64,000 nt of DNA from Vampirovibrio sp. Lineage in GTDB: Bacteria; Cyanobacteriota; Vampirovibrionia; Vampirovibrionales; JAJTHC01. Every line of letters starts with the position of its first letter. Positions within the stretch are counted from its first letter, which is position 1. The notes under the pieces are model-generated. The model was not told the origin of the DNA, ran no database searches, and saw nothing but the letters and a program-made list of their open reading frames with translations. The translations under genes and the position numbers were made by a program. This document shows positions 1-7,966 of the stretch, piece after piece. The DNA is taken from positions 166,045-230,044 of the forward strand of contig JACEUU010000002.1 in assembly GCA_024998755.1 (NCBI GenBank), given 5' to 3'.

Positions 1-15
1 AGCTAGAAGGAGAAC

Positions 16-1854
16 TTAGTCTGAAATCTCATTAAACTGTTGCTTTAATGCTTGTGTAACTACCTCTATTCTGGCTGTTAATGCAACATCAGCAGGGGCT
101 GAAGGATTTTTATTGTATTCTGCTAATTCTTGTGCCAATTTTTGAATTTGTTTTATTTTAGTTTCTCTGGTAAGAACCGTTACAGGGGTTGCCTGTAAGG
201 TACGTACTTTTTGTTCTATTGCTAGAAAAGCTTTATCGCAAGGTGGTAGAGGGGTGTGTGAAATTGGAGGTGAGCTACCACTGGTAGATTCTATAGCGTC
301 AATTGTTCTTCTACCTGTTAGCGGGTCTTTTTTGAGTTCAAGAATAGGAATAACAGCCTTATTCTCATTAACAGCTGATTTTTTTGCAGGTTCAGGTAAT
401 GCCTCAATAATAGAATCGACGGTCGTTTTAAATTGGGCTTCAATCAACGCTTTAGTTTCTGCAAAGAATTTCTTGTTACGTTGTTGTCTTAATTTTATCA
501 GCGGATTTAAATCATCATCAGTAAGGTTCGGATATTCTTCGATTACTGCCGCCATTAACCTTTTTTCCGCTTCAGTGAACGCCTTTTCAGCATTAATTGG
601 CAATTGAACCAGTTCAGCATCCGTAGCCAGTGTGGCTAAGTGTTCGTGTGCCATACGTTGTAGGCTATAAACCTTCGCCAAATTCAACTGGTTTTCCCAA
701 TTCGTTGGGTTATTGTTCGTTTCTCCTGCTAAAATATACGCAACCGTTTTTAAATGGTCTAACACAGTAGAGGCACTTGTTCCTGTAATAGTACCATTAG
801 GGTCTGCCAGTAGATGGGTTATATAAGGCATCACCTTTTGGAGTTCGGTTTGTGGCAAGGGCAATAAACTATCCGCCTGAATGGTGTCTCTATTAAATAC
901 TACGCTATTGTTTAGATGGTTGCTAAGATTTGCTAACAAGGTTTTTTGTGGGGCATCTAACTCGTTGAGGGTGTCTAATTTCGTTAGTATTCTATGGCTT
1001 TCTTTAAATGCAGCGGTTGCTTCAGTTTTATTTCCCTGCTTCCAATACACTTGCCCCACATTGAATAATTGTACTGGCAACGCCACCGGATGAGCTTCCG
1101 GTGTGGCTCTTAGTTTTTCAGTTAGATGGTGCATGGTTGCGTTTAGTTGGCTTGTAACGGCAAGTGCTTCATCGTCTTTTTTAGGAAATACTTTTTTGTT
1201 TGTTTTGGCTTTTAAAAATAATAAATAAGCTATATTCGGGGCTTCTGCCACAGTCATCCCGTCAGGGCGAAAGCTTTGTGGGTTAAGCACGCCATTAAAA
1301 CAGTCCTGCATTATTTTATCTATATCAGCCGTAGAAACGTGTTCAAGAAGTCCATCAATAGAGGTTGTTTTACCTCTGTAAACCACATCTTGAAGGGTGT
1401 GCCAAATGGTTTCGCAGGTTGTTAGCGTCGGTTTAACTAGGGGTAATGCCCCAAAATAATCATCCGGCGTTGATGGCGGGTCAGGTACTTTAATTTCGGG
1501 TTTGTTATCTACAACGGCTGTAGATTTGGTTTCTGCTTTTTTCCAAAATTGCAGGGTGTTTAAAACCTTCGTGCGGGCTTCTGGGTTAACCGCTAAGAAT
1601 ATCCCGCCCACTACGGTTAATCCGCCCACGCCTGCTAGTACAGGCACTAACCACGGATTCGTTGGTTTGGGTTGTGTGGGTACAATGCCTTCTTGTTCTA
1701 GGGACGTTTTAAGATAAACGACATCTTTTGCGTTGGGTTTAATAACGTTATCTTGTTCTTCGGATGCTTTTTGTTCATGGATTTTAGCACCCTTGCGTGG
1801 CAGCGGTAAGGGGAAGTGTGATGCGGGAGTGATGGGTGGTTTACTCGTCATCAT
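16..1854 (-). CDS. Hypothetical single-pass membrane protein with TPR-like helical ectodomain (paralog A); starts MMT
   Basis: 612-aa ORF. Short N-terminal region, then one hydrophobic TM helix preceded by NPW (KPTNPWLVPVLAGVGGLTVVGGIFLA). Large helical domain with TPR-like G-x-x-Y-W...A-A-F motifs. Shares motif TGTSASTVLDHLKT with the neighbouring ORF 2010..3089. Confidence 0.5.
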   Translation of the reverse strand: MMTSKPPITPASHFPLPLPRKGAKIHEQKASEEQDNVIKPNAKDVVYLKTSLEQEGIVPTQPKPTNPWLVPVLAGVGGLTVVGGIFLAVNPEARTKVLNTLQFWKKAETKSTAVVDNKPEIKVPDPPSTPDDYFGALPLVKPTLTTCETIWHTLQDVVYRGKTTSIDGLLEHVSTADIDKIMQDCFNGVLNPQSFRPDGMTVAEAPNIAYLLFLKAKTNKKVFPKKDDEALAVTSQLNATMHHLTEKLRATPEAHPVALPVQLFNVGQVYWKQGNKTEATAAFKESHRILTKLDTLNELDAPQKTLLANLSNHLNNSVVFNRDTIQADSLLPLPQTELQKVMPYITHLLADPNGTITGTSASTVLDHLKTVAYILAGETNNNPTNWENQLNLAKVYSLQRMAHEHLATLATDAELVQLPINAEKAFTEAEKRLMAAVIEEYPNLTDDDLNPLIKLRQQRNKKFFAETKALIEAQFKTTVDSIIEALPEPAKKSAVNENKAVIPILELKKDPLTGRRTIDAIESTSGSSPPISHTPLPPCDKAFLAIEQKVRTLQATPVTVLTRETKIKQIQKLAQELAEYNKNPSAPADVALTARIEVVTQALKQQFNEISD

Positions 1855-2009
1855 TGAATAAAAATCGTTATTTCCTTGGTTTTTGAAGTTTAGCCATTAG
1901 CATAAAAACAAACCATGGCACTATTGTGCGGATCTATTATTGTATTATATAGTTTTTTCCATAATTAACAAATTAGTCGTTTCTGCAATAGTTGTATTAA
2001 CCACAACAG

Positions 2010-3089
2010 CTAAGCTGGAAGGGGCGTAGGTGGGACGGGTAGCGGGATGTTCAGCATAGCGATAGACGCTTTCAAAGCAGCGGCAGCGGCTTTTTGTTTG
2101 TCAATTTCTGTTTGGTTTTTAAATAGACCCGTCGCTTTATCTACATTGCCATATTTTATTGTGGGGTAAAGGGTTTCATATAACTTGGTAGCCGCTTGGG
2201 TAGGGTCGTCTAAATCCAGCAGATGCGTTTTCATTTGTTCAAACAACGTGTTGGCAGATGTACCAGTCGTTTGATAATCTGTCTTTTGGAGATAGTCAGC
2301 ACACTTGGTAAACGAATAGGTCAGCATATTTTGGGTATTTTCCAACATGGCTAATAGCAGGGCATGGTTGTAATAAGCACACGCTAAAGCTAAGTCTTTC
2401 TCGGCATCAGGCAACGTTAGCAACGGAGACTTTTTCGGCGGGGTTTTCAATTGCTTTTCAATGAGATAGTTACTGATTTCTACAAGCTTATCTTTTCTTT
2501 TTTGGTTGAGCGGTTTTCCATCTAAATGCGTTTTCGGGTCTTTTACTACCGCCAAACAATGATGTTGCACTTCAAAGAGGTTCGGCAAATCCACCGGATT
2601 CGTTCTAAGCCAATGTTCCCAAGGTTCTAAGGTCGTTGTATCCATCAACGTTGCATAAATGCCCGCAATCACGTTTTCAGCAGGCGTATTCGGGGTTCGG
2701 GGTTTTCTACCATCCGGTAAAGCATCAGGTAAGGCATCAGGTAAGGCATCTGGTTTAACACGAGGCGTTTTGGTGTGCGTTGAAGGCTTTTTCCCCGAGA
2801 AAAACTGAGCCACTTTTTCTCGGGTAGGCTTGTGAAAAATAAGAATACCCGCAATAACCGTTACTAAGCCTATTGCCCCAGCCAACAGAGGCATTAACCA
2901 AGGGTTTTCCTTTTTATGCATTGGGGCATTTAACGTACCATCCGGTTCAGCCGCTAATTTGTAACCGAACGAATCTGTACTTCTAGGCGAAGCGTATACG
3001 CCAACAGTCCGCTGGCTTGGTTTTTCTTTCACAGTAGCGGATGTTAGTGTATGAGCGGTGGATGGGTTGATAGAATGTAAGCTATCCAT
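2010..3089 (-). CDS. Hypothetical single-pass membrane protein, tandem paralog of 16..1854 (paralog B); contains DALPDALPDALPD repeat
   Basis: 359-aa ORF. NPW-TM segment (KENPWLMPLLAGAIGLVTVIAGILIF) and motif TGTSANTLFEQMKT matching paralog A. Same strand, 155-bp spacer. Confidence 0.5.
   Translation of the reverse strand: MDSLHSINPSTAHTLTSATVKEKPSQRTVGVYASPRSTDSFGYKLAAEPDGTLNAPMHKKENPWLMPLLAGAIGLVTVIAGILIFHKPTREKVAQFFSGKKPSTHTKTPRVKPDALPDALPDALPDGRKPRTPNTPAENVIAGIYATLMDTTTLEPWEHWLRTNPVDLPNLFEVQHHCLAVVKDPKTHLDGKPLNQKRKDKLVEISNYLIEKQLKTPPKKSPLLTLPDAEKDLALACAYYNHALLLAMLENTQNMLTYSFTKCADYLQKTDYQTTGTSANTLFEQMKTHLLDLDDPTQAATKLYETLYPTIKYGNVDKATGLFKNQTEIDKQKAAAAALKASIAMLNIPLPVPPTPLPA
2717..2752. repeat. 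3 x 12-bp tandem repeat (ggtaaRgcatcW) inside paralog B, encoding (DALP)3
   Basis: Direct reading: ggtaaagcatca ggtaaggcatca ggtaaggcatct. Confidence 0.8.
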
Positions 3090-3172
3090 TGCAGATAAAA
3101 GTTCCTGTTTAATTGCATCAATTTAAGGGGTATTTGCATAAACAGTGGAACAAATTAAAAAATGCGGGTAAC

Positions 3173-3562
3173 CTAACCCGGAGGCCAGTGGAGCGAACGC
3201 CCCGCCAGTAAGTGCAAGTGCATATGAAAAACAGACTGCCCCGCACCCGCCCCATTATTCATAATTAACCGATAATCCTTCAATCCCAAAGCCTTCGCAA
3301 CCGTTTTAGCCGTGGTCATTAAGTGCTGGTAAAGGGTATCATCATCCGTTTCTAAATGGCTAGGCGTGTGGGTGTTAGCAATAATCAGCAAATGAACTGG
3401 TGCTTGCGGGGCAATATCTTCAAACACCGAAACCGTTTCCGATTGAAAAACCACTTTCGCAGGAATTTCACCACGAATAATTTTGCAAAACAAACAATCG
3501 GCTATCGTGCCGGATGTATTGGTTGGGGGCGTAATGGAAAGCGTAGAAATAGGGGTCATCAT
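3173..3562 (-). CDS. HIT-family (histidine triad) nucleotide hydrolase; starts MMT
   Basis: C-terminal histidine triad VFHMHLHLLAGR (HxHxHxx). Length 129 aa, typical for HINT. Confidence 0.75.
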   Translation of the reverse strand: MMTPISTLSITPPTNTSGTIADCLFCKIIRGEIPAKVVFQSETVSVFEDIAPQAPVHLLIIANTHTPSHLETDDDTLYQHLMTTAKTVAKALGLKDYRLIMNNGAGAGQSVFHMHLHLLAGRSLHWPPG

Positions 3563-3671
3563 TTAAACAAAATTTTCTCCTGTGTTTGAGCGGGGTTTAA
3601 ACCAAAGGCTTCGGATGCAGGGTTTCTCATCCGATTATACCCATAAGAAGCAGTCGCTACAAGGTTACACT

Positions 3672-4535
3672 ATGAAACAGAACTTCTTTTGCTCTTTATT
3701 TTTCTTTATTATGGTGTTTGGCTTTTCAATGCTTATGCCTATTGCCATTGCCCCAGCTGCTCAAGTAGTGGAAGGCATCAACCCCAGTGTGCCTTTTTCC
3801 CATACTTTGTGGGATGCGACACTAGCAGACACGGTTTCCGCAGAGGGATGGATAGATTTTAGTCAGCTAAAAGCACACCCTCGGGTATTGAATGCTTATT
3901 TAAAATTGCTGGCTCAAATTTCACCTGAAAATGCCCCCGCTCAATTTAAAACACCTCAAGAAAAAGCTGCCTATTGGATTAACGCCTACAATGCCCTGTT
4001 GCTTCGCTTAACGTTGGATGGATACCCGACCGAAACCGCTCAGCCTATCGCCAAGCAATTGCATCAACTGATTGGGCATTATAAGGTTGGGGGGAATGCC
4101 ATGACATTAGCTGACCTTAAAGCCAAAGCGGAAGCCGCAGGGGCTTCAGCGGGGATAGATGTTAGCAGTGTGTTAAGTTCGCTAACGCTGGTAGGCCCTA
4201 CGTTGAGGGATGAAGCTTATATTGCCCCAAAATTAACCCAGCAAGTAGCAGAACAACGTGAAAAACCTCAGCCTTACGCCTTACTTCGGCAGGAAACAGA
4301 AACGACCTGTAATCGGTGGATTATTCAATATATTGACCGCACGAATGGCAAGTTTAATAGGTATCAGCCAAACGCTCGGTTGCCAATAGAATTTCCGTTG
4401 CCAGTTCCTCGTCCGCTATTGGAAACGACCGTACCCCATTCAGAAAAGGCATTGTTCCACTATTGCCAAAGTCCTGATTCTGAAAAGCCACCGAGTCCGC
4501 TATTGTTGATGGATATTTGGCAGTTGGTGCCGTAA
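3672..4535 (+). CDS. Secreted DUF547-like protein (ORF-track frame 3582..4535; likely start at MKQNFF)
   Basis: Signal-peptide-like MKQNFFCSLFFFIMVFGFSMLMPIAIAPAA. Motif WINAYNALLL resembles the DUF547 YNA signature. Assignment from memory, not searched. Confidence 0.45.
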   Translation: MKQNFFCSLFFFIMVFGFSMLMPIAIAPAAQVVEGINPSVPFSHTLWDATLADTVSAEGWIDFSQLKAHPRVLNAYLKLLAQISPENAPAQFKTPQEKAAYWINAYNALLLRLTLDGYPTETAQPIAKQLHQLIGHYKVGGNAMTLADLKAKAEAAGASAGIDVSSVLSSLTLVGPTLRDEAYIAPKLTQQVAEQREKPQPYALLRQETETTCNRWIIQYIDRTNGKFNRYQPNARLPIEFPLPVPRPLLETTVPHSEKALFHYCQSPDSEKPPSPLLLMDIWQLVP

Positions 4536-4538
4536 GAG

Positions 4539-4573
4539 AGAAAACAAAAAGGGAATCCATGTTTGGGATTCCC
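4539..4573 (-). terminator. Rho-independent terminator downstream of the 4649..4897 minus-strand ORF
   Basis: Hairpin gggaatcc-atgtttg-ggattccc, followed on the minus strand by tttttgtttt. Confidence 0.5.
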
Positions 4574-4648
4574 TACAGAAGAAGTCAGTGTTCAAGTAAA
4601 AAAGAGGCATTAAAAAAGGGCTTCTTGTTGAAGACCCATAACGTAAAC

Positions 4649-4897
4649 TTAACCGATTAAATTTAGTCGGTTACCAACGCCAGCTTGACGAGGTTTTTCT
4701 GTAGCTTTATTAGGCTTAGCATTCGGCTGAACAAACACCATTAACGGGCTATTGCTTGTAGGTACGCCTAGTTCTAAGTTGGAAGACATAATGGGGGCAT
4801 TATTAGTACCGGGTTTAATTACCTGTGAACGTAAGGTAGCAGCGTTAGAAGGGGTGGTTGAACCGAACCAGCTAAGCGATGAACTTGACGTAACCAT
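4649..4897 (-). CDS. Hypothetical small protein (82 aa; the start may be internal)
   Basis: ORF with its own downstream terminator. No recognisable motif. Overlaps a + strand 69-aa ORF of similar plausibility. Confidence 0.25.
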   Translation of the reverse strand: MVTSSSSLSWFGSTTPSNAATLRSQVIKPGTNNAPIMSSNLELGVPTSNSPLMVFVQPNAKPNKATEKPRQAGVGNRLNLIG

Positions 4898-5062
4898 GCA
4901 GGAAGAGCCTCCAAAAAGGGGTTTAAAACTAAAACGAAAACGAAAAGGTAGTTTCTGCTAGGGGCGGGTTTGTGCCCTTCACATGTATTACCATACCACC
5001 AGTTATATGACGTTTTATTGACGAAAACAGTGCGTATTTAAATCAATGTTTGAAATTAACCC

Positions 5063-5093
5063 TAGGCGGGCGGACGCAGTCCGCCCCTACAAG
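5063..5093. repeat. REP-like palindromic element (GTAG/CTAC-terminated) overlapping the RAYT stop codon
   Basis: ctaggcGGGCGGACgcaGTCCGCCCctacaag. The stem is gggcggac/gtccgccc. The 3' end cccctacaag supplies the TAG stop of the minus-strand RAYT. Confidence 0.7.
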
Positions 5094-5653
5094 ATATTAT
5101 TTTCATCGGATGCCCATTGGGCTGGATTGTTGAAGATGTATTGTTGGATTTCTAGCAGGGCTTCTTCATTGCGGATAATACGGTCATAATACCCCCGTTG
5201 CCACAATTTACCATGGAACGGTTGCCATTGATTATTTCTAACCCCGTGGATGTATTGGTTTGTCGTAAAAGATTTAAAGCTATACATTAGGTTTGGGATT
5301 GATGTTTTTGTTGTAGGGGCTGGTCTCTGTGCCAGCCCGTCTAGACCTTGAAACGGGACGCCACGGAGAGCGTCCCCTACAATGGGTGTGTCAATCAAGA
5401 AAAAGATAACATGAATGTGATTGGGCATAATGATAAAGGCATCAAGAATGACATCGGGTCGCATTTTTTGGCTTTCATACAATGATTGTTCCACCATTCG
5501 CCCTGCATCATTTAAAACCAGTTTATCGTCAACAACCTCACCGAAGAGGCATTCTCGGTTATGTGTACATAGCGTAATGAAATATGCTCCGTTTTGGGCA
5601 TAATCATAATTTTGTAATCGTAACGCTTTTCGTTGTAGATACGATTTTATCAT
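5087..5653 (-). CDS. REP-associated tyrosine transposase (RAYT, IS200/IS605 TnpA-like HuH enzyme) carrying an in-frame 24-aa REP-derived insertion
   Basis: HuH motif IMPNHIHVIF. Catalytic-Tyr region WQRGYYDRIIRNEE (compare WQRSFYDHIIRDE of RAYTs). N-terminal YFITLCTHNRE. Flanked by REPs. Confidence 0.8.
   Translation of the reverse strand: MIKSYLQRKALRLQNYDYAQNGAYFITLCTHNRECLFGEVVDDKLVLNDAGRMVEQSLYESQKMRPDVILDAFIIMPNHIHVIFFLIDTPIVGDALRGVPFQGLDGLAQRPAPTTKTSIPNLMYSFKSFTTNQYIHGVRNNQWQPFHGKLWQRGYYDRIIRNEEALLEIQQYIFNNPAQWASDENNIL
5311..5382. mobile_element. 72-bp GTAG-type REP/MITE-like element (TIR TGTAGGGG/CCCCTACA) inserted in-frame inside the RAYT coding sequence
   Basis: Identical to 5730..5801. 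Terminal inverted repeats plus two internal hairpins (gctgg..ccagc; gggacg..cgtccc). 72 bp = 24 codons, with no stop in the RAYT frame. Confidence 0.75.
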
Positions 5654-5729
5654 TGTTTTTTCATCTTTTTGATTTTGTATGGATGTACAATCGATTCTAC
5701 CCTAAAAAAGGTTAAATTTGAAATATGGA

Positions 5730-5801
5730 TTGTAGGGGCTGGTCTCTGTGCCAGCCCGTCTAGACCTTGAAACGGGACGCCACGGAGAGCGTCCCCTACA
5801 A
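5730..5801. mobile_element. Second identical 72-bp REP/MITE-like copy, direct orientation, upstream of the RAYT gene
   Basis: Sequence identical to 5311..5382. Confidence 0.8.
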
Positions 5802-6049
5802 GTAGATGTGCAATATGGGTGAGGCGTTACAAAATTTAACGCCCCTAGCACAAAACCATAGGCGGGTTGTTTTTATGCTTGTGTATGGGGTAACAAACAA
5901 TAAGATTTTAATAACCGTAGATAGTGTTGAATGGTAAATAATAGAAGACCGCCTTGATATGAGGGTTGAGGTGGGGGTACTTTGAATTGTAAATAACTTT
6001 ACTGTGTGATTTTTTCAATTAGGGATAATAAAAAAGGGGAACTAAATTT

Positions 6050-7357
6050 ATGATGATGATGACCAGTGGTATTAATGCTGTTAATAGCCCAGTGCAACCA
6101 CGCAGTGTGGGTGCAAGTGCTTATGCCCCTAGTTACAGACCTGAAGATGAAAGACAAGCCTTTGTTGCACCACTTGCAACTACATTAGGTGTGGGTACTT
6201 TAGGAGCGATGGGTGTGGCTGCATGGGAAAACACGAACGCCCCTAAACGATATGCTTTAAATGAGTTTGATAAAGCTGTAAAAGCAGAATTAGCCAACAA
6301 CCCAACGACTACACCCGCCACACCGCAGAACTCCAAAGGTGGTTTTGTTTCAACCGCAGCCCATGAACAGGTAATGAGTGATTATTTGAAAACTCTAAAA
6401 AACGCTGATACTAGCGATGTTTTTACTCCGAAGGAAATCAAGAGATTATCCAAACAACATTTAGGAGATGTAAGAGCAGCTATAGCCAAAAAAACAGGCG
6501 GAGACGCTTTGGCAACAGCGTTTGATACAGCGTTTAGCACTAAAAAAGTTACAGGTGAGAAGCTAACAGCTTATGAGAGACTGTCAGCTTATGACAAAGC
6601 AATAGACAAAGCAGCTAGGCAACAATATTACGATGACGGCGTGAAAAAAATGTTGGCTGGGCAAACCCATTCGGATGGAACAACACCTTTTCACAGTGAT
6701 GCTAAAGCTGTTGAGGCTAAGTTAGCGGATATTGCAAATCCATCAAAGCCTGCAATCACCATGAAAAGCCATTTAGAAGCAATTAGGGATGCCAAGATTG
6801 CAGATTTTGAGGGCGAGCTTAAAGGCACTAAAGGAAGTCTAAATAATGGCGAACAGGCACGACTAGCCCAGAAGACTGCGGAGTTAAATAAAACAATGGA
6901 GGAACAACTAAAAGCCTACGAGAAGCTGGACGATATAAGAACGGGTAAAAATCCAAAATTCAGACAACAAAAACCCGGTAATACTCCACCCACTCAAACA
7001 GCTAGAACCAATGCAAGCACATTAACTGAAGCAGAAGCACGTACTAACGTACTAAACGGAACTACAGGTAAAAAGGTGGCTACAGCAGAAGTTAATAGGC
7101 TGTTTGAAAATGGTAAGGTAGCAACCCCTACGGATGCTGGTAAAGTCGCCATTAAAGAGTTTGGTGACAACGCTATTAAAAAAGCCGGAGATTGGGAAGT
7201 CAAAGGAAAATCAATGGCAACTAAAGGTGGCTTGATACTAGCAGGTGCAGCAGTAGTTGGTACTATTGCAGGGGTAGTCAATTCAGGCAATGTGCGAGCA
7301 AACAACGAAGCTCAGCTTAATGCGTTGTTAGCCCAAGAGCGTGCAGCTTCTGCGTAA
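6050..7357 (+). CDS. Hypothetical Lys/Ala-rich helical protein with N- and C-terminal hydrophobic segments; starts MMMMT
   Basis: 435-aa ORF. Hydrophobic segments LATTLGVGTLGAMGVAAW and GGLILAGAAVVGTIAGVV. Long charged and presumably helical middle. Followed by a terminator. REPs on both sides. Confidence 0.5.
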   Translation: MMMMTSGINAVNSPVQPRSVGASAYAPSYRPEDERQAFVAPLATTLGVGTLGAMGVAAWENTNAPKRYALNEFDKAVKAELANNPTTTPATPQNSKGGFVSTAAHEQVMSDYLKTLKNADTSDVFTPKEIKRLSKQHLGDVRAAIAKKTGGDALATAFDTAFSTKKVTGEKLTAYERLSAYDKAIDKAARQQYYDDGVKKMLAGQTHSDGTTPFHSDAKAVEAKLADIANPSKPAITMKSHLEAIRDAKIADFEGELKGTKGSLNNGEQARLAQKTAELNKTMEEQLKAYEKLDDIRTGKNPKFRQQKPGNTPPTQTARTNASTLTEAEARTNVLNGTTGKKVATAEVNRLFENGKVATPTDAGKVAIKEFGDNAIKKAGDWEVKGKSMATKGGLILAGAAVVGTIAGVVNSGNVRANNEAQLNALLAQERAASA

Positions 7358-7383
7358 CGCACTTGTATTGAACAATTTTCCAA

Positions 7384-7420
7384 CAGGAGGGCTTGACCAA
7401 GCCCTCCTGTTTTGGTGTTG
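7384..7420 (+). terminator. Rho-independent terminator of the 6050..7357 gene
   Basis: caggagggcttg-acc-caagccctcctg followed by ttttggtgttgg. Confidence 0.7.
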
Positions 7421-7435
7421 GGGCATCCAATTATT

Positions 7436-7505
7436 CTAGGGGCGGATTGCATATCCGCCCGCCTAAGGTTAATAGTAACGGGCGGACGCATTCCGCCCGT
7501 ACAAG
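7436..7505. repeat. REP doublet (two GGGCGGA..TCCGCCC hairpins, BIME-like)
   Basis: ctaGGGGCGGATtgcatATCCGCCCgcctaag...acGGGCGGACgcatTCCGCCCgtacaag. Confidence 0.7.
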
Positions 7506-7667
7506 CAAGTTGAAGCACTCAAAAGTTCATGATATTTTAGAGATAGCCACTTTCTAACAGAAGACCGATAAACGAGGCATTGTTGGGTTCAACACCTAAA
7601 TGCACGAAAAAAGGGACTGCAGCAACAGTCCCTCGTTATCCGATTTTGTTCAGAAAGGAGAATAAAG

Positions 7668-7751
7668 ATGAAACCAAATTTAGAACTATTTCGTCTTATT
7701 CTTACGATAGCCTCGGCTATCGTAGTGTACCTCATCGCCATTAAAGGCTAG
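7668..7751 (+). CDS. Small hydrophobic peptide (27 aa, MKPNLELFRLILTIASAIVVYLIAIKG) with a canonical SD and its own terminator
   Basis: AAGGAG 8 nt upstream of the ATG. One predicted TM helix. Hairpin plus T-run terminator at 7757..7800. Confidence 0.35.
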   Translation: MKPNLELFRLILTIASAIVVYLIAIKG

Positions 7752-7756
7752 AGGGG

Positions 7757-7800
7757 ATAAAAGCCTGTTGGTACTTACAATACCAATGGGCTTTTTTCTA
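7757..7800 (+). terminator. Terminator after the 27-aa ORF
   Basis: aagcctgttggta...taccaatgggctt followed by ttttttctatttg. Confidence 0.45.
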
Positions 7801-7861
7801 TTTGCTATTATGACCCATCAGTCAATATTTTTCAAGGGGGTAGTTTCTGCGTTCGGTTTGT

Positions 7862-7889
7862 TGTAGGGGGATAATTCCCTCCCCCCTAG
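7862..7889. repeat. REP-like hairpin with a GTAG 5' end
   Basis: tGTAGGGGGataattccCTCCCCCCTAg. Confidence 0.5.
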
Positions 7890-7966
7890 TTGCCTAGACT
7901 CTTTATGCTTGGTACACTATAAACTGCTATTCCTGTTAAAAGCTGGATTGAAAGACCCCCGTAGCC

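Noticed and set aside
254-607. ORF-track small ORFs antisense to or nested in confirmed genes. Examples: 254..607, 881..1093, 1502..1717, 2669..2854, 3356..3589, 4354..4560, 5421..5603, 6133..6336, 6994..7305, 8245..8472, 8695..8961, 11605..11790, 11877..12242, 12980..13231, 14322..14594, 15599..15793, 19472..19717, 20696..20887, 28469..28970, 31536..31802, 32316..33056, 33733..33942, 36470..36706, 38862..39047, 40726..41933, 46463..47833, 50753..50935, 53439..53735, 53617..54670, 57262..58047.
   Set aside because: They lie inside or antisense to long ORFs with clear family motifs. They have no start-context support (no SD and none of the ATGATG idiom), and several are low-complexity. Treated as shadow ORFs.
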